Source of the DNA: Candidatus Auribacterota bacterium
GTDB lineage: Bacteria > Auribacterota > UBA6266
Direction of reading: 5' to 3'
DNA length: 32,000 bases
NCBI GenBank assembly: GCA_023136205.1
Contig: JAGLRQ010000064.1
Span: forward strand, 9,526-41,525
Below are positions 23,201 to 32,000 of the stretch, in pieces; positions within the stretch are counted from its first letter, which is position 1; each line of letters opens with the position of its first letter. A model generated the notes under the pieces. The model saw only the letters and a list, made by a program, of their open reading frames with translations, ran no database searches and was not told the origin of the DNA. The translations under genes were made by a program, and so were the position numbers.

Positions 23201-26200
23201 TGGTTTAGCCTGTGGTAAAGATTTTAAAGAATATACGGTAGAATATGGCGAGGGTGATAACCCGGCTGTCTGGACACCAATTCTCACCGCTCAATATCCT
23301 CAAAATGTAGATGCAGAGTATGCTGACTTAGCTTCAGGAGATGAGACTATCTATGGTAATTTGGCCACCTGGGATACAGGTCTCGCGAATTACACTTATG
23401 GAGACTGGCTGCTAGATTTAAACGGAACTTATACGCTGAGATTAACAACTACTAACAATGCTGATAAGCAGGAAGTAAGTATTGTCACAGTTATGGTTGC
23501 CCGGGTTATAACCAATATTTATGGAGGTACAGCCATAAGCCCTGATGGCAAAATAATCTTAACCATCCCTGAACAGGCTATTCAGGATGATTTTGAACTT
23601 ATATCCATTTTGCCGGCAGATAATCAAACGGTATCTATTGATTCCAGCTATCAATTGGTGGGCAGCATTTATGAAATAAGGCCCCCTGGTGAAATATTTA
23701 CTAAAGATGTTACTCTGGAAATGAGTTATACTGAAACCGAGCTGGGTAGCCTTGATGAAACAAAACTTGCCGTCTATGCCTACAATCCCACAACCCTAAA
23801 TTGGGATTATCTAACTACTAATCAAGATTTGGCAAATAATAGGTTAAATACTGTTTTAAGAGAAATCACCTGGCCATATGCTTATTACGCTATTTTAGCT
23901 AAAATTTCTACACCGGATAAACCTGTACTTTACAACTTATCCAATGCCAACAACATCCAACTGCAATGCGTTACTATTTTCGGCATGGCAGGAAAGGGAG
24001 AGACGATTGAAATTTTTGTCAATGGCCAAAGCAAAGGGACAACCCAGGCTGATAAAGATACGGGTTATTTTAGTTTAAGCAATGTTTTATTAGATACAGG
24101 CACAAATGTTGTTACTGCTGTTTCTACTGACCAATTTGGGCAGACAAGCAGTTCTTCTGACAATATAACCATAACTCAGTCTGAAACTCCGCCTTTGTCT
24201 GTGGTTTTAGTTTCCTTTAAAGATAGTACCTACTCAGCGGACTATACAGAACCTGTTTATTTGAAAGACACCTTATATATTGAAGTAGTGGGAGTGGATG
24301 CTGATGCAAATACTCTGGATGCCACAAGTCTAACCTTAACAAGCAGTATTACGGATTCAACTGGTATAATTATTCAACTTTTGGAAACAGATTATAATTC
24401 CGGGATTTATAGAGGATTTGCTTATATTGATTCAGTCAGTAATACTGCCAACAGGGAAATAGCTGCTCAATCTAATGGTGAAATTATTACAGTTACCTCA
24501 CTGGTTGATAATGCTAAATTTGATACCTTAACTGTAGTTGATAATGTGCCCCCGCAGGTTCCAGCTATCACTTCCTCTACCCATCCTTCAATTTGCCAAA
24601 GTACATTTGAATCTGGCTTTGATGAATGGGTCAACAGGGACGGTGAGATAGGAGCGGCTTTATATTTAAATGACACGCAAAGAGCTGATAGTACCAACTG
24701 TCTGGAACTGGTAAATGCGGAATACGGCGGCAATTTTGCATCCAACGTTATAACTACACCATTTGATGCGGAAGAGTATCCTATAATAAGTTTTGATTAT
24801 AAGATTAAAGAAGATACAAAAATAAACTTCCTTGTTAAATTAGAAAATGATGATATCTGGTATGACATTGTCTTTACCGACACCGCCAAAAATTATTGGC
24901 GCATAAACATGGAGCAAATTGGAACTATTGAAGGAGTTGTAAAAGATGATACATGGCAGAATATTTCCTTTAACCTTCCTGAGATGCTAAAAACCAAAAC
25001 GGATAATTTCCAGGTGGAAGAGATAATTATGGCTGACTGGGATACAGCCGGTTATATGAAGTTAGTTTATGGTACCAACCCTGCCGGCTCTGCTTATTAC
25101 ATTGACAACTTCATGATTAACAAACGCGGTTTCGCGGACAGGAACCCGCAATTTACCATTTTAGCCCCAGCCGATTCAAGCGGCATTGCCGGTTACAGTT
25201 TTGTTTTGGGTCAGATACCGAATACTATCCCTGATATGGTAGTTGACAGTACTACCAATGTGGTCAATTTCACCGATGTTGACGATGGCCTCTGGTATTT
25301 TCACGCCCGAGTTCAGGATGGTTCAGATAACTGGTCAAAAACTAACCATTATAAAATTTTTATAGATACTAACGGGCCCTATGCTGACACCCCTGCACCT
25401 GCGGCCTATGCTTCTTCAGGCGACCCAACTATCAGTATTCATTTGACTGATAATCAGGGTTCGGGAGTTGACACTCAAACAGTAAGGCTTAAAGTTGGAG
25501 GCTCTGAATATGATATCAACAACCCGGCTTTAAGTTTCAATAAGGAAACAGAGATCTTAACCTTTGACCCCTCTGCTATAGGAATTGTCTGGCCTGACCA
25601 ACACTTAATCAATGTAGAACTAATGCAGGCAAATGACTATTTGGGTAACATTTTTCAAAATCTTCTTAGCTGGGAATGGACATTAGATTATTCACTTGAT
25701 ACCATATCGCCAGAAGCGCCGGAGATTATTTCACCAACAGGCCATAATCTTACTTTTAACAAAGTTACCTTTATGTGGAAGGCAGAAGATGCTAACAGCA
25801 TTGCTGATTACTCCTTTATCCTGGACCAGAATCCGGAAACTATTCCCGATGATGAAGGCACTGGGCTTATTACCTCCAAAATATATGATTTAGCTATCGG
25901 AACCTACTATTTCCATGTTAGAGCCAAAGATAGGCCGGGCAACTGGTCCGAAACTACTCATTATGAAATAACAATTAGTGAGAACTCTTCTTTATTAATT
26001 AACGACTTTGATGACGGCTCAGATCCGAATGAAGCAGGCGGTTCTTCCGGTACCTGGAATAGTAACGGTGCTGTATGCCAGGCTTTTTACTATAATACAG
26101 ATTTGAACAATGTATATAGCGGCAGTGGTTACTCATTACAGCTTAACTATGATGTTACTCCGGTAGATACCTGTGCCGGTTACTGGACGGACATTTGTAT

Positions 26201-29132
26201 TGACCTATCGGATTATAAAACTCTGAGCTTCTGGGTAAAAGGAACGGTAGGCGGAGAGAAACTTAGAGTCGGGTTAAAAGACTCTTCATGGAATGAGACT
26301 AAAGTTTTAATTGATGACTATCTATCTTCCGGTGTAACTACTTCCTGGCAAAAGGTGGTTATACCTCTTTCAGCCTTTGGAAACATAGCTGACTGGACAT
26401 CTGTGGATAATATTTCTATCAGCTTTGACAACTATCTTGGGATACCCGCAAGCGGAACTGTCTATATAGATGAGTTTAGATTTGAACAAATTGTAGAGAC
26501 TATAATAGTCAACACCTTTAACGTTGCTAATGGTTACAATACATTAGGCGGCAGTTTTGAAACATTTACAGGCGGTGCGGCAGCCATATCCGCGAGCTAT
26601 GATTCAGATAACACCTATAACAATTCCGCTTATGGATATAATATTATCTATAGCGGCATTACATCTGGGGGCGATTATGCTGTCTGGCAGACTAAGTTGA
26701 ATAACCTGGATACTTCTAATTGCAATACCCTTTCTTTCTATGTTAAGGGTTCGCTGGGCGGTGAAAAGCCAAATATCTATCTTGGCTACAGTAAGGATGA
26801 TTCTTATAACAGAAAACACATTGACATTGAGCGCTACCTGACTATAACTACGGAGTGGCAAAAGGTAAATATTCCTCTCTTAGATTTTATAACGCAGGGT
26901 GTTGATATTACTAATCTGATAGAACTTCAGGTTGTTTTTGAATGGGATGATATGTCCGGGACAATCTATCTAGAGGATATTCAGTTTTCCAACGCTGCTT
27001 ACGCTGAGGTTCCGATAGTTGATACTATCCCTGATATAACCAACCAGGAAAATATAATTATTACCGGCCGCGGCACGCCGGGGCAAACGATAATTCCGGT
27101 TGTTGAAGTTCCTTATAGCGGCTGCTGGGAACAAACGCCGGTTATTGTTGAAGAAGACGGAACCTTTAGCACTTTGGTAAACATTGGAGGTGAAGGACTG
27201 AGACGAATCTATGTTTACGCTGTAGATGAAAATGGCAGTCTCACTTTAAATTCAGCCATTCAGTCCATATTTTTAGACCGGAGTGTGCCTCCTGTACCCA
27301 CAATAAACGAGATTACCAGTCCTACACTCAACCCTGATATCACCGTTAGCGGTTTGGCTGAAAGTAATACCACCGTGCATATCAAGATTACCCAGCCCAA
27401 TTCAGGGCTTGTGGAATATAACACCCAGGCTGCAAATGGTGCTTACAGCATGGCGGTAACTCTCTCAGATGGAGATGGTAACTATCAAATAATAACTACC
27501 TCCAAAGACGCTGCCGGCAACTTATCATCTGAATCAACACCTGTTGAGGTAATTCTGGATGCCATTAATGAGTCTCCTCTTATCGTTATTTCCCAACCAC
27601 AGGGAAGCGAACAAATAGGTTCAGATACTTATGAAATTCTCTGGCAGGCAGTTGACCCTGATCCGGATGACACCTTAACTATAGATATTCAGTACACTAA
27701 TGCCTTAAATCAGATACTGGTAGATAACTTTAACGATGCGGATTACTTTAATAGTTTAGATGCTTGGTCAGAATCCTGGAACTACGAAGGAGCCACGATA
27801 GAAACCATCTTTAATAATGACCCAACTCTTATCTACGGCGATGCCGGCTTGTCTCTACAATTAAACTATGATGTCACCTATCAAGGGAGCAGCCGCTGCG
27901 GCTTCTGGACAGGCCTTTCCACCCAGCCGGATATGAGCGCTTATGCAGAAATGAGCTTTTTGGTAAAGGGTGCCATAGGACAAGAGATCTTCGAGGTTGG
28001 CTTAAAAGATTTGACTTCTACTGAAACCAGGCTCTTAATTACTGATTACTTACCAGGCGGATTAGCTGCTGAGTGGCAGATAGTAACTATCCCCCTAACT
28101 GATTTTAGCAATATAGATACCACTCTCTTAGAGAACCTCTCTATTGACTTTACTAATTCCATTGGCTCAGGAGCGGGCACTATCTATGTAGATGAAATAA
28201 GATTTATTAAGTGGCAGGATATAGCCTTGGATGAGGCCAATGATTGCGCCTATACCTGGGATGTATCCACCCTGCCAAGGGCAGACAGATATCTTGTCAA
28301 ATTAACCGCCGCCGATTTGGAAGGCTTGCAGGATGAAGACAAATGTGGCGATTACTTTTCTTTAGCTGTTAATTTGGCAAAGAACAAACCTGCCTCAGCC
28401 TCAAGTGAAGAAAATCAATACCTTTCACCTTCAAATGCTGCGGATGGTAACCCATATACTAGATGGTCATCTCAGTTCTCAGACCCGCAGTGGTATCAAA
28501 TAGATTTGGGAGAAGAAAAGTCAATTAATAAAGTTAAACTTAGCTGGGAAGCTGCCTATGGCAAATCCTATGAATTACAGATTTCAGATGATGCTTCCAG
28601 TTGGACAACTATTTATTCCACAATCGATGGCAATGGCGATATAGATGAAATTGAGTTTGATACTGTCAGTACCAAATATATACGTTTCTACGGAACTGAG
28701 CGCGCCATCGACTGGGGGGGGTATTCATTGTGGGAATTTGAGGTGTATTCTGATACTCATTATGCGAATGTAACTGCCTCATCATTTGAAGGTTCAGGCC
28801 TGGAAGCTGAAAAAGCTTTTGACGGCGATTTAAATACCAGATGGTCATCAACGCATAGCGATAATGAATGGCTGTATATTGATTTTGGCACACCAAAAAG
28901 TTTTAATACCGTTATATTAAAATGGGAAACTGCTTATGGCAAATCATACCAACTTCAAATATCAGATGACACAATCAACTGGCAAGATATTTATTCTACT
29001 ACCACTGGTGACGGCGGTATAGATGAAATTAGTGTTTCGGCAGTTGATACCCAGTATTTAAGAATGTATGGGACCGAACGCGGTACCGAATGGGGATATT
29101 CACTCTGGGAGATTGAAACAAGTTATGAATAA
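20244..29132 (+). CDS. giant (2962 aa) secreted multidomain surface/adhesin-like protein
   Basis: RBS AAAGGAAA. Signal peptide IISVFILSFISLILNSSAVLA. CARDB/DUF11-like N-terminal Ig domain and a Q/N-rich helical stretch. Repeated Ig-like modules end in ...G(N/S)Y.(V/L)R(L/I)...D.A.N.S. One FlgD-Ig-like module (TYSTVKIKDG...VVWDGKD...YTIEIS). Three ~165-aa CBM-like beta-sandwich modules (~25990-26490, 26491-26993, 27714-28211). Two tandem F5/8 type C (discoidin) domains (28371-28752, 28753-29129; ...AADGNPYTRWSS...WYQIDLG...KSYELQISDD..). Confidence 0.9.
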   Translation: MQKTKSIISVFILSFISLILNSSAVLAVDVDMEAGTTATYTLTVKNIGIVPMTDIGGEASIVSLGQHGKFSIKKGKFSISSISEGNEAIVKFQVTAPPQPDPENPIIMKGEATFTITKVKDQDGKKAPFICTDGKDTISADPTFIQRTRKAIITAGGGSPINSYNKYYNYPLPQEISVNPSLPNDISIYYMYRFTSFDMEAQITISEGSLSEDTVIAINNTDKSNIEIQLVKAQYDTELSAYNQGIKSEVNTSINIDTQSYINEAVTRGMDEQTVTDYINNTISTAQNNLNTAIDNLINTTHNTLLPALEPVNVQISSKVGAVINDVIVKENQFIRDREDAIQKAQVENNIDDLAAQLEANGASEEIINQIQEEAEEKAESQSAIAISLLEASKFNDIKTLHDDGNLFIQNLIFDTNKTVTSKNNTLRQQILDGKDNSQSNAEKDIITYIRGITDTVLSIAQISFPVEAQSISDAVNFSGTASDENIKEYTLSYFDGANWNIVNNSITSVTNSALGIWNTNTVANGNYPVRLRVVDTAGNVSKATINVTVNNQDLTVPVITIASPASGEESAGVITINGSITENYLSSYIVEYFTEEEPENWIQIGSTHKVIDSSGILASFSPLLLSKGNHTLRITATDTSNNSSNQTITVNTGHKFNNTGGQLYAANTLADDRRLEFAYKSFDFKPNNLMLNQPAVIKLHYTDEELSDRGYEENLLNIFLYDEETFTWEVISTQIDFENNVLTANINKLGVYAIKEDKPDLVDVVLPSAEITNSAYNSSTGMIDITGTANDENLESYVVEYGEGDIPYYWIRVENSPKIIINSVLAAFEAKNLLPGSYSVRLTVYDQAENSSQAVSSFIVGEDKIINLYTSSDYIAPEVTSEDVPKEVTITYQILQDTYSTVKIKDGDANVITLLDNQFQTTGIQQVVWDGKDVNNQFVSAKTYTIEISTSAGTQLTTPIEVKDLIAKISVPYENSLVRGSVPVFGLACGKDFKEYTVEYGEGDNPAVWTPILTAQYPQNVDAEYADLASGDETIYGNLATWDTGLANYTYGDWLLDLNGTYTLRLTTTNNADKQEVSIVTVMVARVITNIYGGTAISPDGKIILTIPEQAIQDDFELISILPADNQTVSIDSSYQLVGSIYEIRPPGEIFTKDVTLEMSYTETELGSLDETKLAVYAYNPTTLNWDYLTTNQDLANNRLNTVLREITWPYAYYAILAKISTPDKPVLYNLSNANNIQLQCVTIFGMAGKGETIEIFVNGQSKGTTQADKDTGYFSLSNVLLDTGTNVVTAVSTDQFGQTSSSSDNITITQSETPPLSVVLVSFKDSTYSADYTEPVYLKDTLYIEVVGVDADANTLDATSLTLTSSITDSTGIIIQLLETDYNSGIYRGFAYIDSVSNTANREIAAQSNGEIITVTSLVDNAKFDTLTVVDNVPPQVPAITSSTHPSICQSTFESGFDEWVNRDGEIGAALYLNDTQRADSTNCLELVNAEYGGNFASNVITTPFDAEEYPIISFDYKIKEDTKINFLVKLENDDIWYDIVFTDTAKNYWRINMEQIGTIEGVVKDDTWQNISFNLPEMLKTKTDNFQVEEIIMADWDTAGYMKLVYGTNPAGSAYYIDNFMINKRGFADRNPQFTILAPADSSGIAGYSFVLGQIPNTIPDMVVDSTTNVVNFTDVDDGLWYFHARVQDGSDNWSKTNHYKIFIDTNGPYADTPAPAAYASSGDPTISIHLTDNQGSGVDTQTVRLKVGGSEYDINNPALSFNKETEILTFDPSAIGIVWPDQHLINVELMQANDYLGNIFQNLLSWEWTLDYSLDTISPEAPEIISPTGHNLTFNKVTFMWKAEDANSIADYSFILDQNPETIPDDEGTGLITSKIYDLAIGTYYFHVRAKDRPGNWSETTHYEITISENSSLLINDFDDGSDPNEAGGSSGTWNSNGAVCQAFYYNTDLNNVYSGSGYSLQLNYDVTPVDTCAGYWTDICIDLSDYKTLSFWVKGTVGGEKLRVGLKDSSWNETKVLIDDYLSSGVTTSWQKVVIPLSAFGNIADWTSVDNISISFDNYLGIPASGTVYIDEFRFEQIVETIIVNTFNVANGYNTLGGSFETFTGGAAAISASYDSDNTYNNSAYGYNIIYSGITSGGDYAVWQTKLNNLDTSNCNTLSFYVKGSLGGEKPNIYLGYSKDDSYNRKHIDIERYLTITTEWQKVNIPLLDFITQGVDITNLIELQVVFEWDDMSGTIYLEDIQFSNAAYAEVPIVDTIPDITNQENIIITGRGTPGQTIIPVVEVPYSGCWEQTPVIVEEDGTFSTLVNIGGEGLRRIYVYAVDENGSLTLNSAIQSIFLDRSVPPVPTINEITSPTLNPDITVSGLAESNTTVHIKITQPNSGLVEYNTQAANGAYSMAVTLSDGDGNYQIITTSKDAAGNLSSESTPVEVILDAINESPLIVISQPQGSEQIGSDTYEILWQAVDPDPDDTLTIDIQYTNALNQILVDNFNDADYFNSLDAWSESWNYEGATIETIFNNDPTLIYGDAGLSLQLNYDVTYQGSSRCGFWTGLSTQPDMSAYAEMSFLVKGAIGQEIFEVGLKDLTSTETRLLITDYLPGGLAAEWQIVTIPLTDFSNIDTTLLENLSIDFTNSIGSGAGTIYVDEIRFIKWQDIALDEANDCAYTWDVSTLPRADRYLVKLTAADLEGLQDEDKCGDYFSLAVNLAKNKPASASSEENQYLSPSNAADGNPYTRWSSQFSDPQWYQIDLGEEKSINKVKLSWEAAYGKSYELQISDDASSWTTIYSTIDGNGDIDEIEFDTVSTKYIRFYGTERAIDWGGYSLWEFEVYSDTHYANVTASSFEGSGLEAEKAFDGDLNTRWSSTHSDNEWLYIDFGTPKSFNTVILKWETAYGKSYQLQISDDTINWQDIYSTTTGDGGIDEISVSAVDTQYLRMYGTERGTEWGYSLWEIETSYE

Positions 29133-30219
29133 AATTTCTTTAAACTTGTTTATAATCTTTTTTCTGCTGACAGCTTGCTCCTTCACGGTACAGGCACAAG
29201 AGTTTCTCTGGCAGAAAAAATTAGATTCACCTGTATACCAAGTTTCTTTTGATAATAATCTATCGGTTGCCTCACAAAAGGAAGTGATATATTTTGACCG
29301 AAGTGGAAAACTCCTAAAAAAGTTACCGTTAAAAGATAACCAATTTGCAGTACTTTCCAAAAGCACTCAGGTTTTTGCTGTTATTACACATCGGGCGCAA
29401 ATAAAGGAAGTTATAGAAAAAACAGAACTTTTTAACTGTGAAGGGGAACTGCTTTCAACAATTGAAGAGAAGGGCTTTCCTTTTCTTTCCCCTGACGGCA
29501 ACTGGCTTGCGGTAGTTGACAAATTTAAAAATGAAATTATATTTTTAAACAAAGAGGGTAAGTTACTCAACCGCTTTCAGTTTGATGATATAAAAGGGCT
29601 AAACCTTGCTTTCTCAGATGACAGCAGTTTTTTAATTGTCAATATCCCCAATATAAAGGAAGGTAAAACCAGCGGGTTTCTTGCCCTTTTTGACAAAGAC
29701 GGCAAAAAACTCTGGCGCTATGATCACCCGGGCTCAACTACCGGCCAGGTTGCTGTTTCTCAAGATGCTAAAATTATTCTTTTCTCATCTGAGAAAGAAC
29801 TTTATTCTTTAAACAATACCGGCGCTCTAAACTGGAAAAAACCACTTTCCGCGGGCGGCATATTAATTTCTCTCTCTCCTGACTCAAAATATATAGCTTT
29901 ATCCAGAAGACAGGATAATTCAATTAGCCTCTTAAAATCAGAAAATGGGCATTTAATCTGGAAACAAAAGTTACCCGGTTTTGATGGTTATAACAGTCCG
30001 TTTACTTCTCTTAATGTTACAGATGAAGGTTTAGTTGTAACTGCCATCTCTAAGTCCTGGTCGTTAAAGAACAATGAAAGTTATCTTTATTTCTTAAAGG
30101 AGAAAGAGATAGTTTCTCAATTAAAATTTTCCCAGCAAAAAATTAATGCCATGATAAAAAACAATAACATTGTCGTAATATCCCAATATGATTTTACAGT
30201 TTATAAAACTATTTATTAA
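29125..30219 (+). CDS. secreted beta-propeller repeat protein (PD40/PQQ-like repeats)
   Basis: I place the start at ATG 29125, which overlaps the giant gene's stop (ATGAATAA) and yields a signal peptide MNKISLNLFIIFFLLTACSFTVQA. The track's upstream start at 29068 lies inside the giant gene. Recurrent (L/F/V)S(P/D/Q)D(G/S/A)..(L/I/F)(A/I/L).. blades (LSPDGNWLAVVD, FSDDSSFLIVN, VSQDAKIILFSS, LSPDSKYIALSR). Confidence 0.75.
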   Translation: MNKISLNLFIIFFLLTACSFTVQAQEFLWQKKLDSPVYQVSFDNNLSVASQKEVIYFDRSGKLLKKLPLKDNQFAVLSKSTQVFAVITHRAQIKEVIEKTELFNCEGELLSTIEEKGFPFLSPDGNWLAVVDKFKNEIIFLNKEGKLLNRFQFDDIKGLNLAFSDDSSFLIVNIPNIKEGKTSGFLALFDKDGKKLWRYDHPGSTTGQVAVSQDAKIILFSSEKELYSLNNTGALNWKKPLSAGGILISLSPDSKYIALSRRQDNSISLLKSENGHLIWKQKLPGFDGYNSPFTSLNVTDEGLVVTAISKSWSLKNNESYLYFLKEKEIVSQLKFSQQKINAMIKNNNIVVISQYDFTVYKTIY

Positions 30220-30238
30220 AAAATAAGAAAGGAGTACC

Positions 30239-31351
30239 ATGGATATAGTTAAACGATTTTCAAAGATTATTTTGATATTATTCATTAGCTCTTTCTCAAT
30301 TGCTAATTTATCCGAAGCTGGCCTAGAGACATCAATGGATGTTGCTATCATTGTGGTGGAGTCTTTGCTTCCGAATGAAGGTACAGAAATAGATGATGAA
30401 GACGGTGATGATAATACCAAAACTTTTGTGGTTGCGAAGGCGGACACAGGGACGATTACTGTAACAGCAACCCCTAATCCGAATGTGGCAGAAGCTGATT
30501 TGCCGTTAGAATGGAAATTAACAGGCGGTACAGGGACAGGTGATTTGACCCGAACAGTTGATAAGACTACCCCTGACGAAACACTCATTACTTGCATCTG
30601 TGGAAGTTCTTATAAGAAGACTACGATTATTGTGGTTGAGGTGGAGTACTTCAAAGAAGGGACGACAAATTCAATATCTGAAATCCACATTGGTACTGAC
30701 AGTGATCAAGCAACTAGTTATGGAGGAGAAACTGGTAAATTTGATGTTAAAATAACTCCTAATAATGTAACTCTCGATTTTGACTTGGAAAACAATTCTA
30801 ATCAAATAACTTTTTCACCTACAAGTGGATATGGAACTACGACTATTACTATCGTGGGACACACTGGAGATGGAAGCAATGATGCGCGGTTCCATGTTGT
30901 TGATCCCAAAGATAATGTTATTAGTTCATTCCCTATAAAAGTTCACAAACCTAAAAAGTTAGAATTTGCTGTGGTATATGACTTGCCATTGCCTCCAGAT
31001 GAATACGGAGATTTTGAAGAAAGACATTATAATGTTTATGATTTTCAAAATAGGTTAACGGATATTCGGGGTTATTTTAGTGAAGAATATATAACCATGA
31101 TAGAAAATGATGATGGTTTAGGAGGTTCATATCCTCCTATAGATGCTGGTTCAGGGCCTAATCTTAACTCAGATTTGGTCGATCAGCTAAGTTTTATTTT
31201 TACAGGGACATTAGAACCAGGTCATAAGTATAAATGGAATCAGAAATTACAGATTTTAGGATTAGATTTAGAGAATAACTTATGGAAACATGATTTTAGA
31301 AGAATAGACGCTACACATCTTGAGATTGATTCTTTCTCAGGACAATGGTAA
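30239..31351 (+). CDS. secreted protein of unknown function with Ig-like beta-sandwich segments
   Basis: RBS AAGGAG. Signal peptide IILILFISSFSIANLSEA. Acidic linker (EIDDEDGDDN), then T/V-rich beta segments (TGTITVTATPNP..., TTIIVVEVEY, GTTTITIVGH). I recognise no family. Confidence 0.65.
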   Translation: MDIVKRFSKIILILFISSFSIANLSEAGLETSMDVAIIVVESLLPNEGTEIDDEDGDDNTKTFVVAKADTGTITVTATPNPNVAEADLPLEWKLTGGTGTGDLTRTVDKTTPDETLITCICGSSYKKTTIIVVEVEYFKEGTTNSISEIHIGTDSDQATSYGGETGKFDVKITPNNVTLDFDLENNSNQITFSPTSGYGTTTITIVGHTGDGSNDARFHVVDPKDNVISSFPIKVHKPKKLEFAVVYDLPLPPDEYGDFEERHYNVYDFQNRLTDIRGYFSEEYITMIENDDGLGGSYPPIDAGSGPNLNSDLVDQLSFIFTGTLEPGHKYKWNQKLQILGLDLENNLWKHDFRRIDATHLEIDSFSGQW

Positions 31352-31365
31352 ACGGAGGATAAAAG

Positions 31366-31851
31366 ATGAAGTATAAAATTTATGTTATGATAGCAATATG
31401 TTTCTCTGTTTTTTTTACTTCTACAGTTGCAGTTGCCGTTCCAAAGAATGTCAAGGTTGGGCGTGGACTTATGGTGGAGGCGTCACCTGAAGAAATAAAT
31501 TTTAATATAGTGATATCAATGGAGGGGGAAAAAATAAATTTCGACAAACCAGCCATTATAGAGTTAAAAATAGAAAATATTTCCAAAATCGAACAAAAAA
31601 TTGATTTTTGGAATATCATTGCAAGAGTAAAAAGAGAAAAAGAAGCATTACCGCCATCATTTTTCTTTAAAAATAACTTAAATTGCAAAATTGTCTTGCC
31701 AAAAGGCACATTCGCCAGTATAAAAATTCCATTGTCCAATATATATAAAATTGATAAACTTGGAGAATATGTTTTTCAAGTGCAGTATGAATTGCCTAAT
31801 AGTAATAAGGCGATAAATTCAAATGAGCTGAAAGTAATAATGGAACCTTAA
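31366..31851 (+). CDS. small secreted protein of unknown function
   Basis: RBS GGAGGA lies 6 nt upstream. Signal peptide VMIAICFSVFFTSTVAVA. The 14-nt gap from the upstream gene suggests the same operon. I recognise no family. Confidence 0.6.
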   Translation: MKYKIYVMIAICFSVFFTSTVAVAVPKNVKVGRGLMVEASPEEINFNIVISMEGEKINFDKPAIIELKIENISKIEQKIDFWNIIARVKREKEALPPSFFFKNNLNCKIVLPKGTFASIKIPLSNIYKIDKLGEYVFQVQYELPNSNKAINSNELKVIMEP

Positions 31852-32000
31852 AAGTTACAATTGATTCAGAGTCAGGGAAAATATTAGAGATATTGGGGAG
31901 CGATTAAATGTTCTAAGTGCGAATCAAAGATTGTTGTAACTACGTAAAAATAGGTAAAAATAGAGGGAAAATAGAGACAGCTGTACATGCTCACTAATTA

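Noticed and set aside
29068-29124. Upstream extension of the beta-propeller ORF (track start 29068)
   Set aside because: The extension lies inside the giant gene's final discoidin domain and gives a non-signal N-terminus. ATG 29125 gives a canonical signal peptide and a typical start-stop overlap.
273-31739. Numerous 60-158-aa minus-strand ORFs lying inside long + strand genes (e.g. 953-1189, 1524-1805, 1893-2321, 7979-8191, 10313-10516, 14762-15071, 16695-16955, 17569-17826, 19338-19673, 24467-24745, 26604-26861, 28666-28896, 29100-29570, 30121-30597, 31380-31739)
   Set aside because: Each is antisense to a well-supported gene with clear family motifs. They have low-complexity or Ser/Leu-rich shadow-frame composition and no RBS.
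31930-32000. AAAATAG-rich sequence at the window end resembling the left flank of repeat family 1
   Set aside because: Only the A-rich flank (AAATAGAG..GAAAATAGAG) is similar. The diagnostic GGGAAAGTCC/GGACTGTCCC arms are absent, and the window ends before anything more can be seen.
1-32000. Mobile-element hallmarks (transposase, integrase, tRNA att site, terminal inverted repeats) around the defence island
   Set aside because: No ORF has recognisable recombinase, transposase or integrase motifs, and I could not recognise a tRNA cloverleaf. Mobility of the island therefore remains inferred only from its repeat-bounded, accessory-like content.

Overview
AT-rich bacterial window, probably from an uncultivated lineage (inference only). 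Every credible gene is on the + strand and I saw no rRNA, tRNA, CRISPR array, transposase or integrase. There are four blocks. (1) 1-441 is the 3' part of purA. (2) 529-4240 is an envelope operon of four consecutive lipoproteins (CsgG-like, PEGA-like, DUF4810-like, DUF799/GNA1162-like) bracketed by two paralogous small outer-membrane beta-barrel genes. (3) ~4240-18850 is a defence island. It holds a signal-anchored single-HKD PLD-family nuclease fused to winged-helix modules and flanked by a palindromic repeat family. Next comes a type I R-M operon: hsdR, an unusual hsdM-hsdS fusion, and a translationally coupled RES-domain gene. Then a SIR2-HerA pair with a tightly coupled KTSC-domain gene. 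Last is an unclassified three-gene module (small GIY-YIG nuclease, 69-aa helical protein, 802-aa SMC/Rad50-like ATPase with a CxxC zinc hook and a PrrC/RloC-like C-terminus), which is my best candidate for an undescribed system. (4) 18678-31851 starts with three tandem C5/G5-clamped hairpins that overlap the ribosome-binding site of a 326-aa repeat protein. It continues with a 2962-aa secreted multidomain surface protein (Ig-like, FlgD-Ig-like, three CBM-like modules, two F5/8 type C domains), a start-overlapping beta-propeller protein and two secreted proteins of unknown function. All family assignments come from motif recognition by eye; no database search was run.
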